The notes beneath the pieces were generated by a model. It was not told the DNA's origin. It saw only the letters and a program-made list of their open reading frames with translations, and searched no databases. A DNA stretch of 64,000 bases, from contig CBDHDG010000004.1 of assembly GCA_965261595.1 (NCBI GenBank), positions 192,001 to 256,000 of the forward strand, read 5' to 3'. How positions within the stretch are numbered: the stretch's first letter is position 1; the number at the start of each line of letters is the position of its first letter. Both the position numbers and the translations under genes were made by a program. This document shows positions 32,629 to 43,029 of the stretch, one piece after another. Origin of the DNA: a bacterium (GTDB taxonomy: Bacteria; UBA8248; JACPRG01; G963555815).

Positions 32629-33975
32629 ATGCAAAAGATAATCCTGTTCTCTTCCCTGCTGCTCCTCGGCCTTTTCAGCTCGCAGTTCCTTCCCGGGGCC
32701 ATCGGGCCCGGGTACGAGTCGTTCTCCAGCGTGGTCAAGCTGCTGACCATGTTCGGGCTGTCTTTCATCATGATCCACGTCGGCTATGAGTTCGAGCTCG
32801 ACAAATCGAACCTGAAGGCGTACGGCTGGGACTATGTGGTCGCGGCCACGGCCGCGGTATTTCCGTGGATCTTCTGCCTGCTCTATTTTGTCTTCGTCCT
32901 CTCTCCCCCGGAGCTATGGGGCTCCTGGGCCTCGTGGACAGACATGATGCTGGCCTCCCGGTTCGCCGCCCCCACTTCGGCCGGCGTGCTTTTTTCGATG
33001 CTGGTCGCGGCGGGGCTCGGGGCGACGTGGGTGTTCCGAAAGGCCAGAATCCTGGCGATCTTCGACGACCTGGACACCGTTCTGTTGATGATCCCGCTAC
33101 AGATGATGATCGTGGGGCTCAAGTGGCAGTTGGGCGTCGTCATTATTCTCATGGCGGTGTTGTTGTGGCTGGCCTGGAAGCACTTGCACAAGCTGAACAT
33201 CCCGATCACCTGGGGCTGGGTGATGGGATATGCCGCCGGGATCACCTTGGTGGCCGAAGGACTTTATCTGGTGAGCAAGGTCATCGACAAATCCGTGGCG
33301 ATCCACATGGAGGTTCTGCTGCCCGCCTTTGTGCTCGGGTGCATGATCGCCAAGCATAAGCCCGCGCGCGCTTCCGAGGACCCCTCGGGGGATGAACACC
33401 ACACCTGCGTACTTGAGACGTACAGGGAAAAACGCGTCGCGACGGCCGTTTCGGCGGCGTTCATGGTGCTCGTCGGGCTGTCCCTGCCGTCCATCTTCGG
33501 CGTCACGGCCACCCCGGATCTCGTCGCTTCGGCCCATGCGGCCACCGAGCCCGTGGTTGCGGCCTCGGGCCATGTGGGAGACGCCGACGCCCCTTGGCCC
33601 GGCTGGAGCTGGATCTTCATGCACGTCATCATTATCACGCTGATTTCCAACTTGGGGAAGATGTTCCCCGTCCTGTGTTACCGGAAAGAAGTGTGCTTGA
33701 AGGAAAGGCTGGCGCTGTCGGTGGCCATGTTCCCCCGAGGCGAAGTCGGGGCCGGCGTGCTGATCATCTCCCTTTCCTACGGAATCGGAGGGCCCATCAT
33801 CACCGTGGCGATGTTCTCCCTGGCCCTGAACCTCCTGTGCACGGGCTTTTTCATTGCAATCGTCAAGAACCTCCTCACACCCGCCCGCCAAGAAGGCATT
33901 GGCCAGATGGAGATGGACCTGGGCGCCTGCGCACCGCCGGAAATGGTCGGTGTCGTTTCCCGGCCCACGCCCTGA
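32629..33975 (+). CDS. cation(Na+)/H+ antiporter, CPA-like membrane protein
   Basis: About 12 hydrophobic segments, APTSAG, ILAIFDDLD, MFPRGEVG motifs; GAGGAG RBS. Confidence 0.82.
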   Translation: MQKIILFSSLLLLGLFSSQFLPGAIGPGYESFSSVVKLLTMFGLSFIMIHVGYEFELDKSNLKAYGWDYVVAATAAVFPWIFCLLYFVFVLSPPELWGSWASWTDMMLASRFAAPTSAGVLFSMLVAAGLGATWVFRKARILAIFDDLDTVLLMIPLQMMIVGLKWQLGVVIILMAVLLWLAWKHLHKLNIPITWGWVMGYAAGITLVAEGLYLVSKVIDKSVAIHMEVLLPAFVLGCMIAKHKPARASEDPSGDEHHTCVLETYREKRVATAVSAAFMVLVGLSLPSIFGVTATPDLVASAHAATEPVVAASGHVGDADAPWPGWSWIFMHVIIITLISNLGKMFPVLCYRKEVCLKERLALSVAMFPRGEVGAGVLIISLSYGIGGPIITVAMFSLALNLLCTGFFIAIVKNLLTPARQEGIGQMEMDLGACAPPEMVGVVSRPTP

Positions 33976-34147
33976 CGGGCCGCCGGGCTTCTTTGATGCT
34001 GATGCCCAGGGATGCGGATTGACGAATATCGGCCCGGGGATCCGGCGCTGTTGAGACCCGGACCGCCGACATCACGGGCGCGGGTTCTCGCGGGGAGATC
34101 GAGGCCCTTCACCCGTTTTGAATTTTCCGGAAATGGAAAATCGCGGA

Positions 34148-35176
34148 CTATGCCGGGACGCGAAGGAGGTTCTTCGCGATCAAGACCTCGGCGATCTGGA
34201 TACTGTTGAGGGCGGCGCCTTTCCGGAGGTTGTCCGAGACAACCCACATGTTCAGGCCGTTCTCGACGCTTGGGTCCTCCCGCACACGGCCCACGTACAC
34301 CTCATCCTTCCCCGCAATGTCCCGGGCGAGCGGATAGACGTTATGCTTTGGCGAGTCGTGGACGATCACCCCCTCGGCCACCGATAACAAGGCGCGCGCC
34401 TCGTTCGCCGTAATCGGCCCCTCGGTCTCGACGTTGACTGATTGCGAGTGGCAGTGAAAGACGGGCACCCGGACCGTGGTCGCCGTGATCGCCAGATCGG
34501 GCGACCCCAGGATCTTCCGGGTTTCGTTGATCATCTTCGTTTCTTCTCCCGTATAACCGTCTTCGCCGAAATCAGCGATGTGGGGGAGGCAGTTGAAGGC
34601 GATCTCGTGAGGATAGACGGACGGCGCCGTCTCCTGGAAATTCAAGAGCGCCCGGACCTGTTCCTCCAACTCGGCGATGGCCTTCTTCCCGGTTCCGGAA
34701 ACCGCTTGATACGTCGAGACCACCACCCTGCGAATCCCGACAGCGTCCAGGATGGGTTTCAGGGCGACGACCATCTGCATGGTCGAGCAGTTTGGATTGG
34801 CGATGACGCCCTTGTGCGACTCCAGCGCCTCGGGATTCACTTCCGTGACGACCAGGGGAACCTCCGGGTCCATTCGAAACGCGCTGGTGTTGTCCACAAC
34901 GACCGCCCCGGCCTCGACCGCCCGCGGGACAAACTCGAGACTGCGCGCCTCGCCCGCCGAGAAGAGCGCCAGATCGACGCCCTCGAAGCCGTCGCCACCC
35001 AGCAATTCAACCTGGTAATCCCTCCCGTTGAACTCCAACACCTCGCCGACGCTACGCTCCGAAGCGAAGAGCCGCAGGCTCGCCAAGGGAAATTTGCGCT
35101 CTTGCAGGATGGAGAGCATCTCGTTCCCAACGGCACCTGTGGCCCCGGCCACAGCGACATTCCATCGATCCGGCAT
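34148..35176 (-). CDS. asd: aspartate-semialdehyde dehydrogenase
   Basis: GATGAVG, NPNCST, YQAVSGTG, DNLRKGAALN. Confidence 0.97.
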   Translation of the reverse strand: MPDRWNVAVAGATGAVGNEMLSILQERKFPLASLRLFASERSVGEVLEFNGRDYQVELLGGDGFEGVDLALFSAGEARSLEFVPRAVEAGAVVVDNTSAFRMDPEVPLVVTEVNPEALESHKGVIANPNCSTMQMVVALKPILDAVGIRRVVVSTYQAVSGTGKKAIAELEEQVRALLNFQETAPSVYPHEIAFNCLPHIADFGEDGYTGEETKMINETRKILGSPDLAITATTVRVPVFHCHSQSVNVETEGPITANEARALLSVAEGVIVHDSPKHNVYPLARDIAGKDEVYVGRVREDPSVENGLNMWVVSDNLRKGAALNSIQIAEVLIAKNLLRVPA

Positions 35177-35177
35177 T

Positions 35178-36293
35178 TCAGCCCGCCTCCATCGCCTCAG
35201 CGATACGCCCGCTCATGGCCTTCGTCCCCACCACCGCCTCCCCCTCGGAAGCGATGTCCCCCGTCCGCACCCCGGATTCGAGGACCTTCGCCACCGCGGC
35301 TTCGATGGCCCGGCCCGCCCCGGCCTCGCCGAGACCGTACTCCAACATCATCGCGGCGGACAAGACCATGGCGATCGGATTCGCCATGTCCCGGCCGGCG
35401 ATCTCCGGCGCCGTTCCATGGACGGGCTCGAACAGCCCGAGCGGCCCCTTTCCCGCCGGTCCGCCCTTCGCCGGGTCGCCCAAGCTGGCCGAGGGCAGCA
35501 TCCCGATAGAGCCCGTGAGCATCGCCGCTTCATCGCTGAGGATATCCCCGAAGAGATTGCCGGTCACGATGACGTCGAATTGCTTGGGCTGCCGGATCAA
35601 CTGCATCGCGCAGTTGTCGACGAGCATATGCTCCAGCTCGACGTCGGGGTGCTCGGACGCGATCTCCTCCACAACCTCCCGCCACAACCGGCTCACCGCC
35701 AGGACATTGAACTTATCGACGGAGGTGAGCTTCTTTCTCCGTTTTCGGGCCAACTCGAAACCCAGGCGGACGATCCGCTCGATCTCGGGGGCCGTGTAAA
35801 CCATCGTATTGACGCCCGCCCGTCCGTCCCCCTCTCCCGTCACGCCTTGCGGGTCGCCGAAATAGACGCCCCCCGTCAGCTCGCGCACGACGAGCAGATC
35901 GAGCCCCTTGACAATCTCTCCGCGAAGCGAGGAGGCCGAGGCCAGGGCGTCGTAGAGCCGCGCCGGCCTCAAATTGCCGAACAACTCCAGCTCCTTGCGC
36001 AGGGGCAGCAACGCGCCCCGCTCCGGGCGCAATTCCGGCACCAGGCCATCCCATTTCGGACCCCCGACGGCGCCGAGAAGAATCCCGTCGGAAGCCTTGC
36101 AGAGCGCCAGGGTCTCCGGGGGCAGGGGGTGTCCTGTTTCGTCAATCGCACAGCCGCCGATAAGGGCCTCATTCAGCTCCAGCGACAGGCCGTACAGTCC
36201 GGCGGCGGTGTCGATCACCGCACGGGCGCCCGCCATCACTTCCGGTCCGATTCCGTCGCCGGGGAGGAGCGCGATTTTCAAGGTGTCCGCCAT
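35178..36293 (-). CDS. leuB: 3-isopropylmalate dehydrogenase
   Basis: [38 protein letters not shown]. Confidence 0.97.
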   Translation of the reverse strand: MADTLKIALLPGDGIGPEVMAGARAVIDTAAGLYGLSLELNEALIGGCAIDETGHPLPPETLALCKASDGILLGAVGGPKWDGLVPELRPERGALLPLRKELELFGNLRPARLYDALASASSLRGEIVKGLDLLVVRELTGGVYFGDPQGVTGEGDGRAGVNTMVYTAPEIERIVRLGFELARKRRKKLTSVDKFNVLAVSRLWREVVEEIASEHPDVELEHMLVDNCAMQLIRQPKQFDVIVTGNLFGDILSDEAAMLTGSIGMLPSASLGDPAKGGPAGKGPLGLFEPVHGTAPEIAGRDMANPIAMVLSAAMMLEYGLGEAGAGRAIEAAVAKVLESGVRTGDIASEGEAVVGTKAMSGRIAEAMEAG

Positions 36294-36624
36294 GACGGCT
36301 CACTCCAATCCAGAAGTTCCCTCGGTCCCATCCGAAAATCCCCGCCGGTTGAAACCTTCACCGCCGCGGATGGGGTTTTTCATCTTCAGAACCCGAAATA
36401 TAGCCAAGATGGACGCGGCTTTCAAGGAAATCAGCCGGATACGGGGCCAAACGGGGCCATCGGCGAGCGGGGCGCGGCCTGGAAGCATTTGTTAATGTTT
36501 GTTGACAGACTTGAGTCAATGTAAGAGATTCAACAAGAAGGAGATTGTATCTGGTTCGGCATCGCCGAGGCGGCGTGGCTTCATCCTCAAACCAAAGGCC
36601 GCCGACTACGCGGGCGAGAGGACG

Positions 36625-37688
36625 ATGAATCGAAGGTCAAGCACCTCCTCCCAGGGACGTAAACCGCTCATCCTGATCATCGGCGAGGTGTCCCAATCCC
36701 CGCTCAATCAGGCCCTGTCCAAGCACGGCTATCAGACCGCTCACGAAACGGACCCGGCCCGGGGGCTCAAGAGCGCCGAGCGCCATTGGCCGGACCTCAT
36801 CCTTCTGAACCTCCGGTCATCGGACGCGGCGGGTTGCGAATTTCTCCAGAATGTCCGGAACCTTCCGCACCTCAATCACCTGCCGGTCGTCCTCATCCTG
36901 AACGACGAGACGCCCGAGAGCCGGATGAACGCCCTGGAAATCGGCGCGGACGATTGCATCTCGCGTCCCTACGACGCGGACGAGCTCTTGTGCCGCATCG
37001 ACGCCGTTCTGCGCCGAACCCTTCAACAGATGACCCACCGCAGGATACAAACCGGCGTGGTCACCTATCTGGCCAACCATTATCAGCCAAAGGCTACGAG
37101 GTCTTTTCCCCCTGTCTGGCGGAGACCCCCGCCGTTCCGGGAAATTGGAAAGGGCCGTCGCCGGACCTGACGGTCGTCCGCAATGGCCGGACAATCGCGG
37201 TCGCCGCCGAATCCATCCAGTCGCTCCTGCGTGAAGACACCCCCGACCGCTGGATCGCCTTTCTGGCAAACGACATGGAAGGGCTTCGGATTGTGGTTCG
37301 CGACCGGGAGAGCGAGCGCGCCGCCAACCGGATCCGAAAGGCGCTGAAGCTTCCCGTTCAAGTCAACCGGGTTCGCCACCGCTCCGAGAACCAGGAAACT
37401 CCGAAGATCCGCTCCCTCCGGTTAAAGAAGAACCAACGGCGCGCCATCGCGATCGGAGGGGTCGTCATTTTCTTGGGGGTCGGCCTCGGAATCACCCGCC
37501 CGGCCTCCCGCCTGCTGACGCTGGGGAGCAACGCCATCTTGTGGTTTGTGCTTCAAGCCAAGCACTACCAGCCCAAAGACATTGAACGCCAACTGATGAA
37601 AGCAGCCGCGGCCAAAGGCCAATCAAAATTGCGGAAACGCGGAGGCGGAGCGTATCGACGCGCGAAAGCCAGACGGGGGAGAAGGTGA
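36625..37688 (+). CDS. pseudo-receiver domain protein with C-terminal TM segment (frameshift near 37087, likely error)
   Basis: REC fold pattern (PDLILLN, LPVVLI, ALEIGADDCISRPYD.DELL.RI.AVLRR); second frame continues to 37688. Confidence 0.65.
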
Positions 37689-37737
37689 TCATCGGCAGAC
37701 CGGCCTTCTCCACCCCATTCCCGCTCCCGCGCGGGGC

Positions 37738-39545
37738 CTAACGGTCCGCATTCGGCATCTCGGGAAGGGCTCCCCGGGGCCCCTCGACCCGATAAAGCCT
37801 CACCCTCTCCGTTGAATCCGCCAGACGCCGAAGATTCCGATCCAGAAACGCCTCGACGGCTCGAAGGTTTTTCGCCCCCCGTTGGCCGTCCGGTTTGGCC
37901 CAGGCCGGGGCGTCCCGGTGCAGAACCACGTACCGAATCCCGACCTTCGACAATCCTTCCGTGGACATGACGGGCGCGGGCCCCGCCAAGCGTTCGGGCT
38001 TGCTCAACAGCCGCAGAAACGGCTCCTGTTCGATGAACCGCAACGCCGATCTATTGACGTGCGATATCGTCCCCCCCGTGATGGGACGGCCGTGGTGGAT
38101 CTGGGCGAACATGTAGCCCTCCCCTTCCGTCCAACCCCGAACGGGAACTTCGAGTATGGCGAACCGGCCCTCATCGCGCGCGATCTTTCGGTAAACGGAA
38201 GAAACCCTCACCTCCCGGACCGGCAACGGCGCCGCCCAAAACTCAAAGAGAATCAGGAACGACGCGAGACCCGCCGCCGACCATTTCACCCTCCGGCTCC
38301 GTTCCCTCACGAGCTCGCGCAGGCCCAGGCCGACCAGGACCGCCAGACAGAGGAGCGCGACCGAGACAAACCGGCCGGGGTCGCGCGCGGCGTTCAGTAG
38401 CGGAACCTTCTGAACGAATCAGTTGTAGGGAAGCCGCGTGAAATCCAGCCGCTCGCTTCCCCCGACTTGAAGATCCGGCCCCAGCGCCAGGAGACAAAAG
38501 GCGATCGCCGCCGCCGCCCAGAACATCGCCCCCTTTCGCCAGGCCCGCACGGCTCCCGCCGCGGCCAGGATCAAGCCGACATACCCGAGGGCGACCGTCC
38601 CTTCCTCCAGGCTGGCCGAAAAGGCGCCGTACAAGGATTGAAGGGCGCTCCATCCGCGCGTCCACGGATGGAAGGGAGACGGAAGAAAAAACGCCAGAAG
38701 GTCCGCGGACGCGCTCTTGGCCCCCCCGCTCAGCTTTCCGAAATCCCCGCTGAACGCGGCCTGAATCATCGGCGCCGCAAAAGGCGATAGCAGAAGGGCG
38801 GCCATCGACCCGGCGACGCAAAGCGCCGCGATCTGTGGACCTTTCCGCATGGGCTTGTCGCCCTCGACCGCGAACCAGATCGAGAAAAACAATGTGAAGT
38901 AGAGGGCGAAGACCCCGTAATGCCAGGAAGACAGGGCCAGCAAGGTGAAAACAACGCCCGCCAAAACGCCCCGCGCGCCCGATGGACGGTCCCGCAATCT
39001 CAACAACGCCAGGACATAAAACGGCAAAAACTGAACGGATGTTACGGTCAAATGCTGAACATGCGAAAAGTGGAAAGGAGAAAACGCCAGGATCAGCCCG
39101 GCGGCGAGACTGGACGGCAAGTCTCCCCCGGTGACCCGAAGCGTCAGTCTGTAAGTGCCGTACGCGGTTAATGGAAACGTCGACAGATACGCGAGGTTGT
39201 ACGTCCCCACCCATCCCAGAAATCGCTGGAGGGGGACCCCGAGAATGAGCGTGTTGTAGAAAGAGAGGGTGTGGAACGCGAGATTCGCCCCCTCGGGATA
39301 AAAAGCATCGGGGTGAAAAACGGACTCGTCCCATCATCCAAAACGGCCTTCTTGACCCACCAGAAATTCCAGAGCGATTGAAAATCATCCTGCCCGTATC
39401 CGGGGATTGCCGAAAAGAACCCCCAAGCCACGGGATACGTCGCCAGAATCGCGATGAGCCCGTACCCGGCTAAAATGACGGCCTCGCGCAGCCAAACCGC
39501 ACGGTTTCTTCGGCTTGCGATCCCGGTCACAGCGGCGGAATGCAT
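37738..39545 (-). pseudogene. polytopic membrane glycosyltransferase-like (GT-C/YfhO-like) protein with frameshift (~39300) and in-frame TGA (38419-38421)
   Basis: WNFWWV, PF.TP.LFYPEG..L.FHTL, LALGP, ARDPGRF, QIHHGRPITGG, GIRYVVLH. Confidence 0.7.
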
Positions 39546-39627
39546 CGCACCTGATTCATCCGGGTTCCTCACCCACGGATCGACGCAAGGGGGGAGGGGG
39601 GGCGTGCGGAACCCCGCAAGGAAGGTC

Positions 39628-39667
39628 AAGCGGGGCGGGCAGGATGCCCGCCCTACCGGTGGACGGT
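39628..39667 (-). repeat. GTAG-type REP-like palindrome, copy 2
   Basis: Reverse complement of 9338-9377. Confidence 0.75.
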
Positions 39668-39798
39668 GGATCCCACCCACGGGTAGGCCGGGCGTGGGTC
39701 GGTGGACCCGGGGGTCGGTGGACCCCCCAGCCCGGCTGAATACCGTGAAAAAACACCGTTGATTCATTCAATGAATGAATCAATCAGGACACCGGATT

Positions 39799-41217
39799 TT
39801 ACTGTTCGACCCCCACCTTCCCTGAAGGCACATAATCCTCTATCCGGATGTCTTCCACCCCCGGGATCTCCAGGCGGTCCGGGTAGTCGTAGGGCAGGCC
39901 CATGGGGATTGTAGCGTCGATTCCCATCTTCGTGACCATCCCGTCTCTGGCCAATCGCGTGATCGTATACGTCGTCGGATCGAGCCGGTTCCCCCGCGCG
40001 CCCGGGATCATCACAATGTCCCGGTCGGCCACGACACGGGTGGCGATCGCCCAGTTCACGTCGCTCTCGTTGTTGATGTCGATGTCCGGGTCCACGACGA
40101 CGACGAATTTCAAGTAGGGACTCATGGAAAGGGCCGCGAGGATCACGTTCTTGGCATCGCCCTCGTTGACTTTTTCCAATGAGATATAGGCCACATACCG
40201 GACGCCGGAATTCGGCAAGGCGACTCCCCGCACGGTCGGAACAACCTTTTTCAGCTCGGACAGGAGAAAACCCTCGCTCAGCGGGGTCTGGATATAGAGG
40301 TGCTCCACGACGATCCCGACGTTCTGGTACATGGCGTCCCGGCGGTGCGTGACGGCCTTCACATGAATCTCCGGGGCGTCCACGATTTGGCCGTAATACT
40401 GATGGAACTCCCCGAAGGGGCCTTCGGTCTGTCTCACGTTGGGCAGGATTTCCCCCTCGATGACGATCTCCGCCTCCGCCGGGACCTCGAGGGGGATGGT
40501 CTTGCAGGGGACAAGCTCGACGGGCTCGCCGAGCAGTCCGCCCACGACGGCGTACTCATCCTCCCCCATGGTGTCCGAGACGGGGCTTACGCCCCCGATG
40601 TGCAGGGCCGGGTGCATCCCCAGGATGATCGCGACGGGCAGGGCCTCTCCCTTCTCCTCGCAGTGGTGATGGGCGTATTGAAGGTGCTTGCCCCAGCTGT
40701 AGTAAATCCCCAGGCGATTCTTGCCGAGGAGCTTATGGCGGAAGATCCCCAGGTCCCGATGTCCCGTGTCCGGATCGACGGAAACAGTCACCCCAATTGT
40801 GATATAGGGGGCGTCGTCCTTGGCGCTGTGGGTGATGATGGGGAATTTCGTCAGGTCCACGTCATCGCCCTTGACGACCACTTCGTGGACGGGCGCGTCG
40901 GCGGCCTGTTCAGGGGACAGGGTGAAGGGCGGGATCTTCTCCCCCATCCGGTCGGCGATGGCCTCGGAAAGCCCCTCCACCGGCAGGTTCAGCGCCAGGG
41001 CGTACTTCTTCCTGTCCGCCAGAACGTTGGAGATGACGGGATGCTCGGAGCCGCGGACGTTCTCGAAGAGAACGGCGTTGCCCCGGCCGTCCAGGTCCAG
41101 CCGCCGGATGAACGCCGGGATTTCATACTCGGTGGACACCTCGCGCTCGACCCTCAACAGGTCGCCGGGATACCGCTCCTCGAGCTCGGCGAGGAAGGTC
41201 CGCAAATTCTGCCCCAT
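39799..41217 (-). CDS. UbiD-family decarboxylase
   Basis: LGIFR, EGPFGEFHQYYG, VVVDPDID, KMGIDAT. Confidence 0.92.
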   Translation of the reverse strand: MGQNLRTFLAELEERYPGDLLRVEREVSTEYEIPAFIRRLDLDGRGNAVLFENVRGSEHPVISNVLADRKKYALALNLPVEGLSEAIADRMGEKIPPFTLSPEQAADAPVHEVVVKGDDVDLTKFPIITHSAKDDAPYITIGVTVSVDPDTGHRDLGIFRHKLLGKNRLGIYYSWGKHLQYAHHHCEEKGEALPVAIILGMHPALHIGGVSPVSDTMGEDEYAVVGGLLGEPVELVPCKTIPLEVPAEAEIVIEGEILPNVRQTEGPFGEFHQYYGQIVDAPEIHVKAVTHRRDAMYQNVGIVVEHLYIQTPLSEGFLLSELKKVVPTVRGVALPNSGVRYVAYISLEKVNEGDAKNVILAALSMSPYLKFVVVVDPDIDINNESDVNWAIATRVVADRDIVMIPGARGNRLDPTTYTITRLARDGMVTKMGIDATIPMGLPYDYPDRLEIPGVEDIRIEDYVPSGKVGVEQ

Positions 41218-41269
41218 GGCTCCAGCCCTTTCGGTCCAAGAGATTCACAACCCATCCGGGAGCGGTCTT

Positions 41270-42667
41270 TCAGTCGAAGCCGTCCGTCCACTCCTCCAGA
41301 TACTCTTCCAGCTTCACGCCCTCTGTGCCGGGAATCCGCGTCGGCTCGGGGATCGCGTACGGCAGGCCGATGGGCGTCGTGGCGTCGATTCCCAGCCGGG
41401 TCACCATCCCTCCCCTGCCCCTGCGCGTAATCTCGTACGAGGTCGGGTCTTCCGATTCCCCCAGGACGCCGGGGACCATGAACAGGTCCCGGTCGGCGAC
41501 CACCCGGGTGGCGAGCACCCACAAGACCTCACGGTCCACTTCCATCGCGACATCGGTGTCCACGGCAAAGACGGTCTTCACGCCGGGGATGGTCCCGAGG
41601 GCCGCCAGGATGGCCTTCTTGGCCTCGCCCATCCGGGTCTGGTTCACTTTGACGTATGCGTGATAACCGTTCGAGACGGCCGGGATCCGGACGTCCACAA
41701 CCGCCGGGACGGCCGCCCGGAGAACTTCCAGGGCCCGGGCCTCACGGATGGGGGTGGGGAGGAAAAGCCTCTCGCCGAAGATCCCCGCGGCCTGGAAGAC
41801 GGCGTCCCCGCGCCGGGTGAGGGCGCTCACGCGCAAGACGGGCGCGGTCCTCTCCCGGCCCTCGTAACCGATGGGAGAGGCGGGGGCCCGCAGGGTCGCG
41901 ACGTCGCCGGGCGAGACGGTCCCCTCGATAACGATCTCGGCCTGGGCCGGCACGGGGAGATCCCCCGCCAGGCTCCGCGTAACGGAGAGGGACTCTCCCA
42001 TCAGCGATCCGATGCGGCCGAGGGATTCGGGACCGTCCGCTCCGACGGCGGCGGAAAAATAAAAAGCCGGGTGCATCCCAATCACCAGCGCCACGTCCAG
42101 GGGCTTTTCTTCCTCCGCGGCGGCCGAGACGCAGGCGGCCAGGGGGGAGTCCTCCGCCGGGAGAATCCCCAACGCGTCTTTCCCGAGGACGACGGTTTGG
42201 GGAAGGCTGACGGTCACCGCGCCCGAGCGGGGGTCCCGCGCGACGGCGGCGCCCATCAGGAGGCTCGGGGCCTCGTCCGACTCGGCATGCGTCAGGATAG
42301 GGAGCTCGGAGAGGTCCACCTCCCCTCCCGTGCGCTGGACCTCGTGGACCGGTCCGGTTTGGACCTGTACGGGAGGAAGGAGCGCCTTCAACTTGTCCCG
42401 AAGCGTGCCTGCATAGTTTTCGGAATCCGGCACCAAGCCCAGGGCGAGACTGGCCCGTGCGCGGTTGGTGAGAAGGTTGCCCACGACGGGAAGAGGGCTT
42501 CCCTCGACGGAGGAGAAATAGACGGCGGCCCCGCGCCTCTCCCGCCGGGTCTTCTCCAGGATGGCCGAAATCCCGTGCCGGGGAGAAACCGGCTTCTCAA
42601 CGCGCAGGAACGCCTCGGGCAGCTCGGCTTCAAGTGTAGCCAGGTAATCTCTCAGCGATTGAGGCAT
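41270..42667 (-). CDS. UbiD-family paralogue lacking catalytic residues
   Basis: Full-length UbiD fold motifs (SLRDYL, EIVIEG, VDTDV, RLGIDAT), but GIYR is replaced by SLPQ and EGPFGE by RAPASP. Confidence 0.85.
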   Translation of the reverse strand: MPQSLRDYLATLEAELPEAFLRVEKPVSPRHGISAILEKTRRERRGAAVYFSSVEGSPLPVVGNLLTNRARASLALGLVPDSENYAGTLRDKLKALLPPVQVQTGPVHEVQRTGGEVDLSELPILTHAESDEAPSLLMGAAVARDPRSGAVTVSLPQTVVLGKDALGILPAEDSPLAACVSAAAEEEKPLDVALVIGMHPAFYFSAAVGADGPESLGRIGSLMGESLSVTRSLAGDLPVPAQAEIVIEGTVSPGDVATLRAPASPIGYEGRERTAPVLRVSALTRRGDAVFQAAGIFGERLFLPTPIREARALEVLRAAVPAVVDVRIPAVSNGYHAYVKVNQTRMGEAKKAILAALGTIPGVKTVFAVDTDVAMEVDREVLWVLATRVVADRDLFMVPGVLGESEDPTSYEITRRGRGGMVTRLGIDATTPIGLPYAIPEPTRIPGTEGVKLEEYLEEWTDGFD

Positions 42668-42713
42668 GACGGAAACCTTCGATTTTCGGGCGGACCTTCA
42701 ACCCGCTTCGGAT

Positions 42714-42736
42714 GGCGGCCAAGATGGCCGCCCTAC
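42714..42736 (-). repeat. GTAG-type REP-like palindrome, variant copy 3
   Basis: GTAG-GGCGGCCA-TCT-TGGCCGCC; compensatory base-pair change versus copies 1 and 2. Confidence 0.65.
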
Positions 42737-43029
42737 CTTCATTTTGCGATACCGTCCGGGCATTTCGAGGCCGCACGCTATCGCAAGAAACTGGGCCTTG
42801 GCCGGATGCCGGAGGCTTGCGAAGCAAGACGGGCATCCGGACAAATCTAGAAAGCGCCGCAGGCCGCGGACAGACCGTTCAGCAAATCCAACACCCACCC
42901 CGTAAGGCCAAGCCACAGGCTTGGCCGCCAAAAGTTTTCCAGGGGGGTTGGGGGGGGACAGTTTTCAAAATGTCCCCCCCCGGGATTTTTTACGCTCCTC
43001 CACAATAAGCGTTCCCCGCAATCCTTTGC

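Noticed and set aside
36502..36520. TTGAC-N8-GTCAA palindrome as an FNR/CRP box
   Set aside because: Spacing does not fit the TTGAT-N4-ATCAA consensus; single occurrence.
38419..38421. In-frame TGA in the membrane glycosyltransferase-like gene as a second selenocysteine
   Set aside because: Context LPYN*FVQ fits Trp (TGG to TGA), not a redox Cys; the gene also has a frameshift. More likely a nonsense mutation or error.
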